From IMG/VR virus record IMGVR_UViG_3300031650_000001: a stretch of 64,000 nucleotides of DNA, one strand, 5' to 3'. The notes beneath the pieces are model-generated. The model made no database searches, was not told the origin of the DNA, and saw nothing but the letters and a program-made list of their open reading frames with translations. Source of the DNA: an uncultured virus (IMG/VR IMGVR_UViG_3300031650_000001) (lineage: Duplodnaviria > Heunggongvirae > Uroviricota > Caudoviricetes). Position numbers and translations under genes: made by a program. This document shows, one piece after another, positions 1 through 8,847 of the stretch. Each line of letters begins with the position of its first letter. Position 1 is the first letter of the stretch.

Positions 1-720
1 GTCTCCGATATACAGATCGTCACTAGCGGTTAGATTTAGAACCTTTGCATCCGCTCCGCCACTGGTCAGCCCGTACAGGGAGAAATTATTGATCGTGCGG
101 AACGTGCCCACAGTCGCGACCGTGGCGCCAACCGCCAGATAATTCGTCCCGACCCTGACCGTCGTCTGATACGCCTGCGCGCTGCCGGTGCTATAGGCAA
201 CCGCGCCCGCGGTTTCACTCACTGCCGGCGCTAGACCGGGCCTGCTTGCGTTGACGACCTGCGCCGCCTGCAACTGCCACGCGAGATCGTCGGTGTCGAC
301 GACGGCGTCGGGATCGTTGGTTGTGCATTCCCAGGTCGTGTCGCTGTAGTCCGTGCCCTCCTGCACCTGGATCAAGAACCCGCCCGCGTTGATGCCGGTT
401 GCGAACCACGACGGCCGCGTCCACGGACCCGACTGCACGACCCACGGCCCGCGATTGACCTGCGTCGTCTGCCCCGCCGCGAGAACCGTATCCCCAACCG
501 AGTCGAGCGTGACGCCGTCCGCTGACTGCGCCGTACCGGAGAGCGTCAGGTTCGACGTCGACACTGCGCGCACAGTCGGATGCTCGGACGTCACCGTCAC
601 CGAGTCGATGATGTCCTTGAACATCTGACCGACGCGGTTCGCTGTGTTCGCGAGCGGAGTCGTCTCGGAGTAGATGACATCTGCCGCGGTCAGCAGATCG
701 GAGCGCGTGTGGATGGTCAT
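1..720 (-). CDS. Tail fibre protein, N-terminal part (runs off left edge)
   Basis: Hand-translated from ATG at 720 (not in the ORF track): MTIHTRSDLL...VRAVSTSNLTLSGTAQSADGVTLDSVGDTVLAAGQTTQVNRGPWVVQSGPWTRP. It resembles the common fibre N-terminal motif (VRxATTANITLSG..IDGV...GDRVLV..QT...NGIYV...GAWTR). Open to position 1; follows the baseplate genes. Confidence 0.75.
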   Translation of the reverse strand, partial: MTIHTRSDLLTAADVIYSETTPLANTANRVGQMFKDIIDSVTVTSEHPTVRAVSTSNLTLSGTAQSADGVTLDSVGDTVLAAGQTTQVNRGPWVVQSGPWTRPSWFATGINAGGFLIQVQEGTDYSDTTWECTTNDPDAVVDTDDLAWQLQAAQVVNASRPGLAPAVSETAGAVAYSTGSAQAYQTTVRVGTNYLAVGATVATVGTFRTINNFSLYGLTSGGADAKVLNLTASDDLYIGD

Positions 721-730
721 GGTTTACTCA

Positions 731-1549
731 CTATTCGAACGACTCGCCGAACGACGCATCGAAGACGCCTTCGTTGATGAATGCAACCTTGAGCACGATC
801 CAATGCTGGGTTGGGCAGACCTTCAGCAGTAGGCGCTCAAGTTCTGCTCGGCGGTAGGACGGGATCAGTGGGTCGTCATCGTGTACAACTTCCAGAGCCT
901 CACCGCTGATATAGATGAAGTATGGCCAGGTGTCCTCGTCATCCGGCACCGGCGGAGGGGCCCGGCGCGTTAGGTCTTTGTTGACGAGGTATCCCGGTTC
1001 ATTGGTCAGCAGGTTGTCACATTGCCACTGCGTAATCGGGTCGCCGTCGGTCTCTCCACCGTCCGTATCGAATCCCGACGAGCACTGCGGCTGCTTGTAG
1101 TCTCCCAGCGTCAGGTCCGCGCAGCATTGCACGGTACCAACTGCCGGCTGCTCGGTGTAGTTGCGTGGATCCCGCGCCGCCCAAGTTGGCGGGCCCACTG
1201 TTGACCAGCACTCGTGCACATAGAGATCTGTAAACCCGGCGTCATGCAGCAGGTCTTCGATGTACGTTGGGTCCTGTCCGCCTTGCGCCTTCCACGCCGC
1301 GTCTATGTGCGTGCGCCGATCGTCCTCGGTCTCGCTTGCAGCGACGAAGATCCCGAACTCGCGTTCCCACTCGTTCAGGTGTGTTGTGTACTCCGGTAAG
1401 ACCTCTTCCCAAACCTCATCAACGAAGGTCCGGAACGTCGCCGGGGCCTCCGCCAGCGCCCGCGCAAAGTTGCGGAGCTTCTTCTCCGCCGTGACGCTCC
1501 ACGCGGTTGAGTGCGGCAGCAGATGCTGGATGACTCTGAACCAAGGCAT
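731..1549 (-). CDS. Baseplate wedge protein, Mu gp48/YmfQ-like
   Basis: LLPHSTAW N-terminus, LNEWEREFGI, C-terminal ELERLLLKVCPTQHW; position in the baseplate cluster. Confidence 0.75.
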   Translation of the reverse strand: MPWFRVIQHLLPHSTAWSVTAEKKLRNFARALAEAPATFRTFVDEVWEEVLPEYTTHLNEWEREFGIFVAASETEDDRRTHIDAAWKAQGGQDPTYIEDLLHDAGFTDLYVHECWSTVGPPTWAARDPRNYTEQPAVGTVQCCADLTLGDYKQPQCSSGFDTDGGETDGDPITQWQCDNLLTNEPGYLVNKDLTRRAPPPVPDDEDTWPYFIYISGEALEVVHDDDPLIPSYRRAELERLLLKVCPTQHWIVLKVAFINEGVFDASFGESFE

Positions 1550-1567
1550 TGGACGGCGTCACCTTGA

Positions 1568-2368
1568 TCAGACCGTGGATTCAAACGTCGCGGTGACAGC
1601 CTGAATCTCAAGACCCGCAACGGAATTTGCTCCCGCCTCTCCCGTGATGAGTACGCTCAGAATCTCATTGGCCGCGATGTTTCGTGCGCTCAGAATCGGA
1701 GTGATAGTGTGGAGCGTTTCGTAAGCCGCAACGTCCACCGACGTGTCGGTGGCATCGCCCAGTTTCGTGGCTCCCGTTCCGATCCTGTAGACCGCAACCG
1801 CAGCCGTTGGCATCTCAGCAGGAAGCGAACTGTGACCGGTGCCAATCAGATCGACGACCACGCCGTTCTCACTCAGGCGTAGATTGGGGTAGGGCGGCTG
1901 GATCGGGATCCGGATCCCACCGCTTGCAGCAACTGAAGACTGTCGCAAGACCTGTGCGATGTAGTCCGGGGAGACGCTGGCATACTCGAACCGATCCGAC
2001 GTGTTGGTCTGCATCACCAGCGGGATGTTCCAAGTCCCGAGCCGAGCCGTGACGATGCCAGCAATGATGGTGAGCCAATCCGTGAGGCCGTCCACCGCTG
2101 CATCGAATTTAGTTCCGGAAACCTCGTCGATCAGGTACTCGATCGCGTCCATGACCTGCGAGACACCGACCTGCTCGGGCGTGTTTGTCGGGGTAATGCC
2201 CGCATGCACGACCATCGCCTGACAGAACCCCAGCCAATCGTTCACCCAGTCCTTCTCAAGCGGAAACCCGGTCGTATCGGACTCGCTGACTTTGTTCTTA
2301 GCTCGACCGTGCGGATAGTTCGCGACTACCTGCACCTGTGTCGGGTATTTGCTGCTCGGGATGATCAT
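1568..2368 (-). CDS. Tail fibre-like/baseplate-attachment protein
   Basis: N-terminus YPHGRAKN...GFPLEKDWVNDWLGFCQAMVVHAGITPTNTPEQVGVSQVMDAI resembles Mu-like fibre anchor domains; lies between gp47 and gp48. Confidence 0.6.
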   Translation of the reverse strand: MIIPSSKYPTQVQVVANYPHGRAKNKVSESDTTGFPLEKDWVNDWLGFCQAMVVHAGITPTNTPEQVGVSQVMDAIEYLIDEVSGTKFDAAVDGLTDWLTIIAGIVTARLGTWNIPLVMQTNTSDRFEYASVSPDYIAQVLRQSSVAASGGIRIPIQPPYPNLRLSENGVVVDLIGTGHSSLPAEMPTAAVAVYRIGTGATKLGDATDTSVDVAAYETLHTITPILSARNIAANEILSVLITGEAGANSVAGLEIQAVTATFESTV

Positions 2369-2379
2369 TGCGTGATCTC

Positions 2380-3591
2380 TCAGGTGTAGACGGGTTGTCC
2401 ATCAGCGAGTTTCGCCTTCTCGCCGGCCTCTAGGTTGCGGTAGGTAAAGGCGACGCCGCCTTCAGCGAGCGTGATGAGCCCCACGGTGCCACCACGCGCG
2501 TTGACGACGGACGTGACGACGCCAGCGATCTCACCCTGCGACACGATGTCTTTGCGCGGTAACACAGACAGCCCCTCGATGTATGGTTCGCGGCTCCACA
2601 ACCATTCCTGCACCGCTGCCGTGACTGCCGTTTGCATACCAGAGGTGTCGCCGTCTGCAACCGCGTCGAGGCTGGCGACGCCAACATCGAACCCGGTGCG
2701 AGTGATTGCTTGCACGTTGACCGCGTCATTGACCGGGCGCCGCGTCGCTTTGCCAGCTACGTCCATGTTGATCGCGACGCCGATTGCTGTGAGTTTCGCC
2801 GCGGTAGGAGTACCGTCGGTGTCGTCCGCGGTGGCGAGCGAGGCTTCGCAGTACACGTCGACGAGTCCCGGCGTGTCGCTCGTGTAGGGATAGGCGTGAA
2901 TGATGCCCGCCACCGACTCGGCCCATGATCGATAATCTGCGTACGCCCCGCCTTGTGGTTTCGCTTGTGAGGTTGCCCAGACCCGCGCCCGGTACTCCTC
3001 GCCCGTCTCGGCATCGGAGGCCGTCGTCGTGATGCTCGCGACCGTTACCGTGCTCTGGACGTTGGCCGGCGTCCCCGCAAATGTGAGTTCGTCTCCGACT
3101 TGCAGGTTGCCTTGGGTCCCTACACCGCCGGTCCCATCTTGGTCCCCGTTGGCGCGGATACTGACCGTCACGGTCGCTGCGTCGAGGTCCACCGCGGTCA
3201 GGGTCCGATAACTCACCCCAGTCTCGGAACGGAGGCACGCGGTCTGAGCGGCCAGCGCCCCCGTCTGCTCGGTCACTGTCACCGTGATCACGAGTTCGGC
3301 GCGCGTTGCAGCAGTCGGGTCGCTGACTCCGATCCGCCGTCCCAGTTGCACGAGCGGTCGGATCCGCTTCCCGTTGATCGTGACCTCTTCGAATGTGGCG
3401 TAAGGGATCAGGGTCTGAAGGAAGATCCAGCTCGCATATTTCCACAGAATTATGTCGACGCCGGCTTGAACTTTCGCCCAGACGTGACTGAAGCTCTTCG
3501 GCAACAGTGGGACCGTGATCGATAACTTCGATTCGATCTGAGCAATGATCGCGTCCGCCAGTGCGGAGGTCGTGGGGATCGTGAGGCTCAT
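2380..3591 (-). CDS. Baseplate J/gp47 family protein
   Basis: 403 aa; GTQGNL, ETGEEYRARV...PQGGAYADYRSWAESVAGI..AYPY...PGLVDVY motifs. Confidence 0.9.
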   Translation of the reverse strand: MSLTIPTTSALADAIIAQIESKLSITVPLLPKSFSHVWAKVQAGVDIILWKYASWIFLQTLIPYATFEEVTINGKRIRPLVQLGRRIGVSDPTAATRAELVITVTVTEQTGALAAQTACLRSETGVSYRTLTAVDLDAATVTVSIRANGDQDGTGGVGTQGNLQVGDELTFAGTPANVQSTVTVASITTTASDAETGEEYRARVWATSQAKPQGGAYADYRSWAESVAGIIHAYPYTSDTPGLVDVYCEASLATADDTDGTPTAAKLTAIGVAINMDVAGKATRRPVNDAVNVQAITRTGFDVGVASLDAVADGDTSGMQTAVTAAVQEWLWSREPYIEGLSVLPRKDIVSQGEIAGVVTSVVNARGGTVGLITLAEGGVAFTYRNLEAGEKAKLADGQPVYT

Positions 3592-4019
3592 TGCGTCGTC
3601 CAGGGAGCTGTAAACGTGGGGTTGTACTTCTGCCCGTCGATCTCAAACGCGATCGTCAAGGCAACCCAATCCAGGCGCGGCATGGTGGCGGTGGCCGTGA
3701 TGTCAGTGGCGCCAGAGCGACGCATCCAATCGACGTCGCGCGCCGCAGCTTCCTCGACCCGAACGAGATTCCCAGTTGTCGCCGGTAGCTCGTTCAGGAG
3801 GTACTGCGTCTCCGACCGCAAGACGCGATCCGGGTCGGACTCGATCAAGTTACCCCACCATTGCAGGCGATCGTCCGATGCCTTGCCGGAGTCTTCCTCG
3901 TTGCCGCCGAATAGGCTGATATAGACCGCGCTCTCCGGGCTATCGGACAGCACGAACTGGCCAGCGGTGACGTCGACCTCTCCGCCGTCGATCGTGTGGT
4001 AGAGTCGGACGTCAGGCAT
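3588..4019 (-). CDS. Baseplate protein, Mu gp46-like
   Basis: ESAVYISLFGG...WWGN...VEEAAARDVDWM; 4-bp overlap with the gp47 gene. Confidence 0.85.
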   Translation of the reverse strand: MPDVRLYHTIDGGEVDVTAGQFVLSDSPESAVYISLFGGNEEDSGKASDDRLQWWGNLIESDPDRVLRSETQYLLNELPATTGNLVRVEEAAARDVDWMRRSGATDITATATMPRLDWVALTIAFEIDGQKYNPTFTAPWTTQ

Positions 4020-4022
4020 TGC

Positions 4023-5081
4023 TTAGCCGGTGTAGAAAATGTTGCCGAATGCGGACCACGCGACCGGACTCGATGCTGCAATGACGAGCCCGTAGGTAGG
4101 ATCGCCGGCGTCTCCGGTGCCGATGCCGTTGAGCACTTCGGATCGAAACTCGCTGCCCAATCCCTGCGCCGTACCCGAGTAGGTCCAGACCGTCAGGCCA
4201 GTGGTCGTGAGTTGGACCTGAAGCTCGGCGATGAGAGCAGCGATCAGGTTGATCTTGGCGTTGACCCAATCGATCTGAGCGGCGAAGTCGGCCGAGACCA
4301 GAATGTCGGCCAGGCTAACACTGACCTCGATGTCGAGGATTGCCTGTGGGTCCGGAAGGCCGATCCCAAGAGTGAAGTCGATCTGGATCTGAAGCGCGGC
4401 CGCGAGCCCTTGGAGTTCCTCAAGCAGTAGCGCAATCCGAGCGTAGACACTCAAGACGCCGGTGTTCAGGTTGAACCCGTTCAGTTCCCCGAGACTGGTC
4501 AGGACCGATAGAGTCGTCGCGGTTCCAAGGTCCTCATCGTCTGAGGTTCCGACATAGCAACCGGCGCCAAAGGTTGCCCAGGTCGAATGCTCCGTTGCAG
4601 CAACGATGACCGCGTTGACCGTTCCCGTTGGACCTGACCCGCCGATCCCGTATTGCGTCGCCGTCGCTAGCGTCGTCCCGAATCCGCGTGCCGTGCCTGC
4701 GTAACTCCAGGCGTAGAGTCCACCCGTGGAGAGCCCGGCTTCCATCGCCGCTGCGACCGGCGCGACGATTGCGATTAGGCCGTTGATGATTCCGAGTTGG
4801 GCGGTCAGATCGAGGTTTGCCGTCGCGCCAAGAGTGATCCAATTGAGCGGGTTCAGTTGGTTCGTCAGGGTCGCGATGTTGGCCGCCGCCGCGAACTGCA
4901 GGAGGATCGCAGGATTCGGCGATAGGCTCGTCGTGAACGTGACTTGAGCCGCCGCCGCAACGCCGATTCCGCTCAGATCCTCGCCGAGGAATGAAACCTC
5001 AGCGCCGAGTGCCGTGACGCCAGCGGCCAAGCCGAGATTGACCGCGGAGACAGGCGCAGTCGTCGGAGAGGAGAGCGCCAC
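4023..5081 (-). CDS. Hypothetical virion protein made of two homologous halves
   Basis: 352 aa, tightly packed between the spike and gp46 genes; internal duplication visible (see findings). Confidence 0.7.
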   Translation of the reverse strand: MALSSPTTAPVSAVNLGLAAGVTALGAEVSFLGEDLSGIGVAAAAQVTFTTSLSPNPAILLQFAAAANIATLTNQLNPLNWITLGATANLDLTAQLGIINGLIAIVAPVAAAMEAGLSTGGLYAWSYAGTARGFGTTLATATQYGIGGSGPTGTVNAVIVAATEHSTWATFGAGCYVGTSDDEDLGTATTLSVLTSLGELNGFNLNTGVLSVYARIALLLEELQGLAAALQIQIDFTLGIGLPDPQAILDIEVSVSLADILVSADFAAQIDWVNAKINLIAALIAELQVQLTTTGLTVWTYSGTAQGLGSEFRSEVLNGIGTGDAGDPTYGLVIAASSPVAWSAFGNIFYTG

Positions 5082-5082
5082 A

Positions 5083-5649
5083 TCAATCCGCCTTCACCTT
5101 GCTCGACCCGGAGACAATACGACCGACAGCGGGGATCGTCCCGTCAGGGTTGACAATTACCGGAGGAGATACAGCTACCGGGTTCGGCGGTGCCGTCGAT
5201 AGCAGGATCGGCACGGCCACGACAACCGCATCCCCGAGGCATGCAACCTTGCGCCCGGCATCGTTGCAAAGTCGGACGTCGTCGCCGAGCAGTGAGATCA
5301 CACCGGCGGGCGAAATCTGAATCATCGCGTTCGCGTTGCCAGCTTGGATCGATCCGTCAGTCTTCGCCCACACGTACCCGACGACGAGCCCGTTCTCGTC
5401 GCGCGCGTAGAGCCGCTTGCCACCGGACGATGCTTCCTTCGTCGTCGCGTCCGTCGTCCCGATCGCCTGGTAGGTCCCCTTGCCCTCGTTCGGGATCAGC
5501 GCGACCGAATCACCGGCCTGCGGCGGGCAGTCGTCACCCCCAGGGGTGATCCACTGGGCCCGGGTCGTATTGCCGCCGCCCAGGTCGACGTGGACCCATT
5601 CCCCGTCAGAATCACGCTCGAAACTAACGACTGTTGCCACTTTTCGCAC
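5083..5649 (-). CDS. Baseplate spike, Mu gp45/gpV-like
   Basis: PGGDDCPPQAGDSVALI...GGKRLYARDENG motif; position after gp44. Confidence 0.8.
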   Translation of the reverse strand: MRKVATVVSFERDSDGEWVHVDLGGGNTTRAQWITPGGDDCPPQAGDSVALIPNEGKGTYQAIGTTDATTKEASSGGKRLYARDENGLVVGYVWAKTDGSIQAGNANAMIQISPAGVISLLGDDVRLCNDAGRKVACLGDAVVVAVPILLSTAPPNPVAVSPPVIVNPDGTIPAVGRIVSGSSKVKAD

Positions 5650-5713
5650 GGGGCAGATCCGTTCAGTTGCGCTGGAAAACCGTGGTGGTTAAATTGAGGA
5701 GTTGGAGGACGAG

Positions 5714-6472
5714 ATGACCAAGACGATTGTAATCGCGTGCCTGGCCGCCCTGTGCGGCGCGTGTGGCTCCGAGAGTCACCGGCAGTGGGATGTCAACCCG
5801 GACGGCTGGGAGCCAGTAGCGGGCGGCTCCGGTGGGTTGGCGGGCAGTCCCGAGGGTGGCTCCGGTGGCGAGACTGCAGTGGTGGTCCTCGCTGGCGCCG
5901 CCGGTGAGCAGATCCGGTGTCCGGCTACTCAGCCCAACGATGGCGACCGATGCTACGCCGATCACTACGGCTGGCTGTGTCAATACCCCGACGCGCTCTG
6001 CAATTGCTGGCAGCCGCAACCGGTCGAGGACTCGATGCAGTGGACCTGCTATGGGCCGGACGCTGGGGTTGGTGGCGCCGGCACATCCGACGGACCCGGG
6101 GACGGGGGAACCGTAGCGGCTACTGGTAGCACTCCGGGAACCGGTGGGACCGAGGTCTGCGAGTGCGACGGCGGGCCGTGCTGCGACGGGTGCCACTATC
6201 TAGGACCGGAGGTCGTCTGCTTCAACGGCGTCTGGTCCTACTGCATTCCGGATGCGCCACCATGCGCCGTCGGCTCGTATACGCTGACCACGATCCGCGC
6301 AACCGTGTTCTGTTCCGGACTCTCGCCGCTGTGCGTCTACTATCCGGGGGGGTCTGAACGGGTCGAGGAGCCAGAATGTTGCCCGCGCGGCACCGAGTGC
6401 CAACCCCACGAGTTGGTCGAGGTCATGCCCAACGACCCACCCGACCCGCTACCACATGCCGAATGCATTTAG
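5714..6472 (+). CDS. Cys/Gly-rich lipoprotein (moron), opposite strand to the tail operon
   Basis: GGAGG RBS before ATG 5714; MTKTIVIACLAALCGAC signal/lipobox; Gly-rich linkers and many Cys. Confidence 0.75.
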   Translation: MTKTIVIACLAALCGACGSESHRQWDVNPDGWEPVAGGSGGLAGSPEGGSGGETAVVVLAGAAGEQIRCPATQPNDGDRCYADHYGWLCQYPDALCNCWQPQPVEDSMQWTCYGPDAGVGGAGTSDGPGDGGTVAATGSTPGTGGTEVCECDGGPCCDGCHYLGPEVVCFNGVWSYCIPDAPPCAVGSYTLTTIRATVFCSGLSPLCVYYPGGSERVEEPECCPRGTECQPHELVEVMPNDPPDPLPHAECI

Positions 6473-7539
6473 CCCGCCCACGGCAACCCCGGCGGAGGCT
6501 CCCCACTGAACGCGCCCGGCAGCACAACGTCGAGGCTTGCGGTCGCGCTCTCCTTGTTCCGAGCAATCGTCACACCGCGGATCAGCATCTCGGTCTCGGT
6601 GTAAACCATGGCACCCGGAGCCGTGAGTTTGATCGTCTTGTTCTCCTCCCACAAGTCGCCCTGCGGATCCCTGATGGTTGGGAGCCCCTGAATCGCATAC
6701 GAGACGGTGTTGCCGAACATACGCCCGAGCTTTGCCTTGGCGGCTGCCGGCGCGTCTGCTGGATCCGTGTCTTCGATCTCGAATGCAAACGGGCGGATCG
6801 CGGTGGCGAGGTAGGGATTTTTGATCCTGAACTTTGAGCCGCCGCGGCCGTGCTTCGCCGAGGGGAACGCCGTGATCTCGGAGTAGTACTGCTGCGGCTG
6901 CGAGGTCTGCACGACCTGAACGACGGGGCGATCTTCCTTGAGCTTCGCGATCGGGTTCCCTGGGCTCACTGACTTCTGGAAGACGACCGCGCCGTCCCGC
7001 GAGTTGCTGATCACCAGGCCGCGTTGTTGCGCGAGGTCCACCAGGAACGGCTGAATCTGTCCGCCGGCGTCGAGCTTGGCCTGCTTGAATTTCGCGCCGG
7101 GCTCGGCGAGGAATCGGACGGTCAAGTCGAACGCGGCAGCGATCTCGTTGGCGATGTGTCTCAGGTCAACGTTGCGCCACTCGTGCGGGACCCGTTCTCC
7201 GGGCATCGTGCAATCGGCCCAGACTCCTGGTAGCGAGTAGCCGGAGCAGCGGATGATCGCCTGCTCCTTGCTGATCTCCGGGACGATGTCGATCAGGGTT
7301 CCGGTGAAGACGCGGGTTGAGCCAATATCGAGGTGGAGTAGTTGATACTCCCGCGGGCGGAAGGTGTCCCGAAAGACCTCGTCATCGTAGGCGAACGGTG
7401 CCGAGAATGCGATCTGCGAGTATTCGTCGATGTGGGTGTTGAGCGTGACCTCGGTCCAGTGCCGCCACTGCTGCCCGTTGATCAGTAGCGTGAACTCGTC
7501 CGAATCGTCACGGGTCGCGAAGCTGGCAACGCGCGACAT
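6469..7539 (-). CDS. Baseplate hub, Mu gp44/gpP-like
   Basis: FTLLINGQQWRHWTEVTL...VFTGTLIDI...LAQQRGLVISNSRDGAVVF...PQGDLWEENKTIKL. Confidence 0.9.
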   Translation of the reverse strand: MSRVASFATRDDSDEFTLLINGQQWRHWTEVTLNTHIDEYSQIAFSAPFAYDDEVFRDTFRPREYQLLHLDIGSTRVFTGTLIDIVPEISKEQAIIRCSGYSLPGVWADCTMPGERVPHEWRNVDLRHIANEIAAAFDLTVRFLAEPGAKFKQAKLDAGGQIQPFLVDLAQQRGLVISNSRDGAVVFQKSVSPGNPIAKLKEDRPVVQVVQTSQPQQYYSEITAFPSAKHGRGGSKFRIKNPYLATAIRPFAFEIEDTDPADAPAAAKAKLGRMFGNTVSYAIQGLPTIRDPQGDLWEENKTIKLTAPGAMVYTETEMLIRGVTIARNKESATASLDVVLPGAFSGEPPPGLPWAG

Positions 7540-7542
7540 GGC

Positions 7543-8844
7543 TCAGGCCGCCTTGTAGTAGAGGATCTCGCGGCCCGGCTGGAGTTCGACAATCTCGTCT
7601 CCAGTAAGGTTGTTTTCGTTCACGATGCGGTCCAGTGTGTCGTTGTCCACCTTGCCATAGAGTTCGCCCGCGAGGTCGAGGAAGGTCCGGCGCCGGGTCA
7701 CGATGTGCACCCGCTGCGGCAGTAGCTCGAAGCTGACCTCGACGAGGTAGCCCGCGGTCAACGCAACGGAATCGTGTAGCGCCTGGTAGGTCTCTCCCGT
7801 GTCGAGGTTGCCGGCGTCCGCGGTGTAGATGTCCGCGAACGCGCCGTCACGCCACGCGACCACGGTGTCGAAGAGATCGACGACGGCCTGAGCCGCATCG
7901 GTTGCCTGCTGGCGAGATTCGAAGGTTCCGGTGGCACAGGCAGACACGGCCGCGGCGACGCAACTCGACGCCATCAGATCCGCGGCGTGGTACGCATTGA
8001 CGACGGCGCGGGCCCGGTCGTCCAGCACGACGGTTGGCAGCAATCCGATCTCAGGGTTGCCCGCGATCGAATCCATGATCGCATCAGCTAGCGCCGTGAA
8101 CTGGGCCACTGCATCCATGACCGCATCCGAGACCGCATCCGCCGGAAGCATGATGAGGTCGACGAGTGCGCTCCCAAGGCTCTCGGGGTCGGTCAGCGCG
8201 GAGTCGATACCGGTCACGATTCCAGACAAGGCATCGGCGAAGTCCTGCGAGACGATGAGATCGAGAGATGCCGTCGCGCCCATGGCATCGTTGCAGGCGG
8301 CGGCCATCGACTGGATTGGGTTCCGCAACTGCGCCTGATCGACGAGGGTCCCGAGTGAGGTCCGTTCAGCGAACTGGGACGCGCAGGCGAGCTTGTATGC
8401 GGCAAGAGCGTCTTCGATCCCACCGGTGGGGTCTCCTGCTGCGGAGGGGTACGCCGCGCGTAGGGTCGGCCAGAATGAGACCTCGACGACGGTCTGATTT
8501 GCAGCGGCGACGAGGTTGTCATTGCGCTTGACCTGTCCCACCGGGACGACGTCGAAGGTCCCATATAGCGGGTGCTCCAGTCGGCCGATCCCCTTCTGAA
8601 AGCACGCCTCCTCGAAGACCGTAGCAGCCAGATCGCATTGCGGACCCGAGAAGTAGCAGCGCAACGGCAACGCCTGCGAACCGCGCTTGTGCTGCTGGAC
8701 GAAAGCGCCCTCGACCCCGGGGAACTCGAAAGCGGTGTTTCTGAGTTCGGTCTCGCGCGAAACGTCCTCGAAGTCGAACTCGATCCGGGAACCACTCGGC
8801 GAGATGTAGGCGCCCTTGCGGACTCGGTCTCTCCAGGTGGGCAT
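7543..8844 (-). CDS. DNA circularisation protein, Mu gpN/gp43-like
   Basis: MPTWRDRVRKGAY...FEFPG...GIGRLEHPLYG; directly after the tape measure gene. Confidence 0.85.
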   Translation of the reverse strand: MPTWRDRVRKGAYISPSGSRIEFDFEDVSRETELRNTAFEFPGVEGAFVQQHKRGSQALPLRCYFSGPQCDLAATVFEEACFQKGIGRLEHPLYGTFDVVPVGQVKRNDNLVAAANQTVVEVSFWPTLRAAYPSAAGDPTGGIEDALAAYKLACASQFAERTSLGTLVDQAQLRNPIQSMAAACNDAMGATASLDLIVSQDFADALSGIVTGIDSALTDPESLGSALVDLIMLPADAVSDAVMDAVAQFTALADAIMDSIAGNPEIGLLPTVVLDDRARAVVNAYHAADLMASSCVAAAVSACATGTFESRQQATDAAQAVVDLFDTVVAWRDGAFADIYTADAGNLDTGETYQALHDSVALTAGYLVEVSFELLPQRVHIVTRRRTFLDLAGELYGKVDNDTLDRIVNENNLTGDEIVELQPGREILYYKAA

Positions 8845-8847
8845 GGA

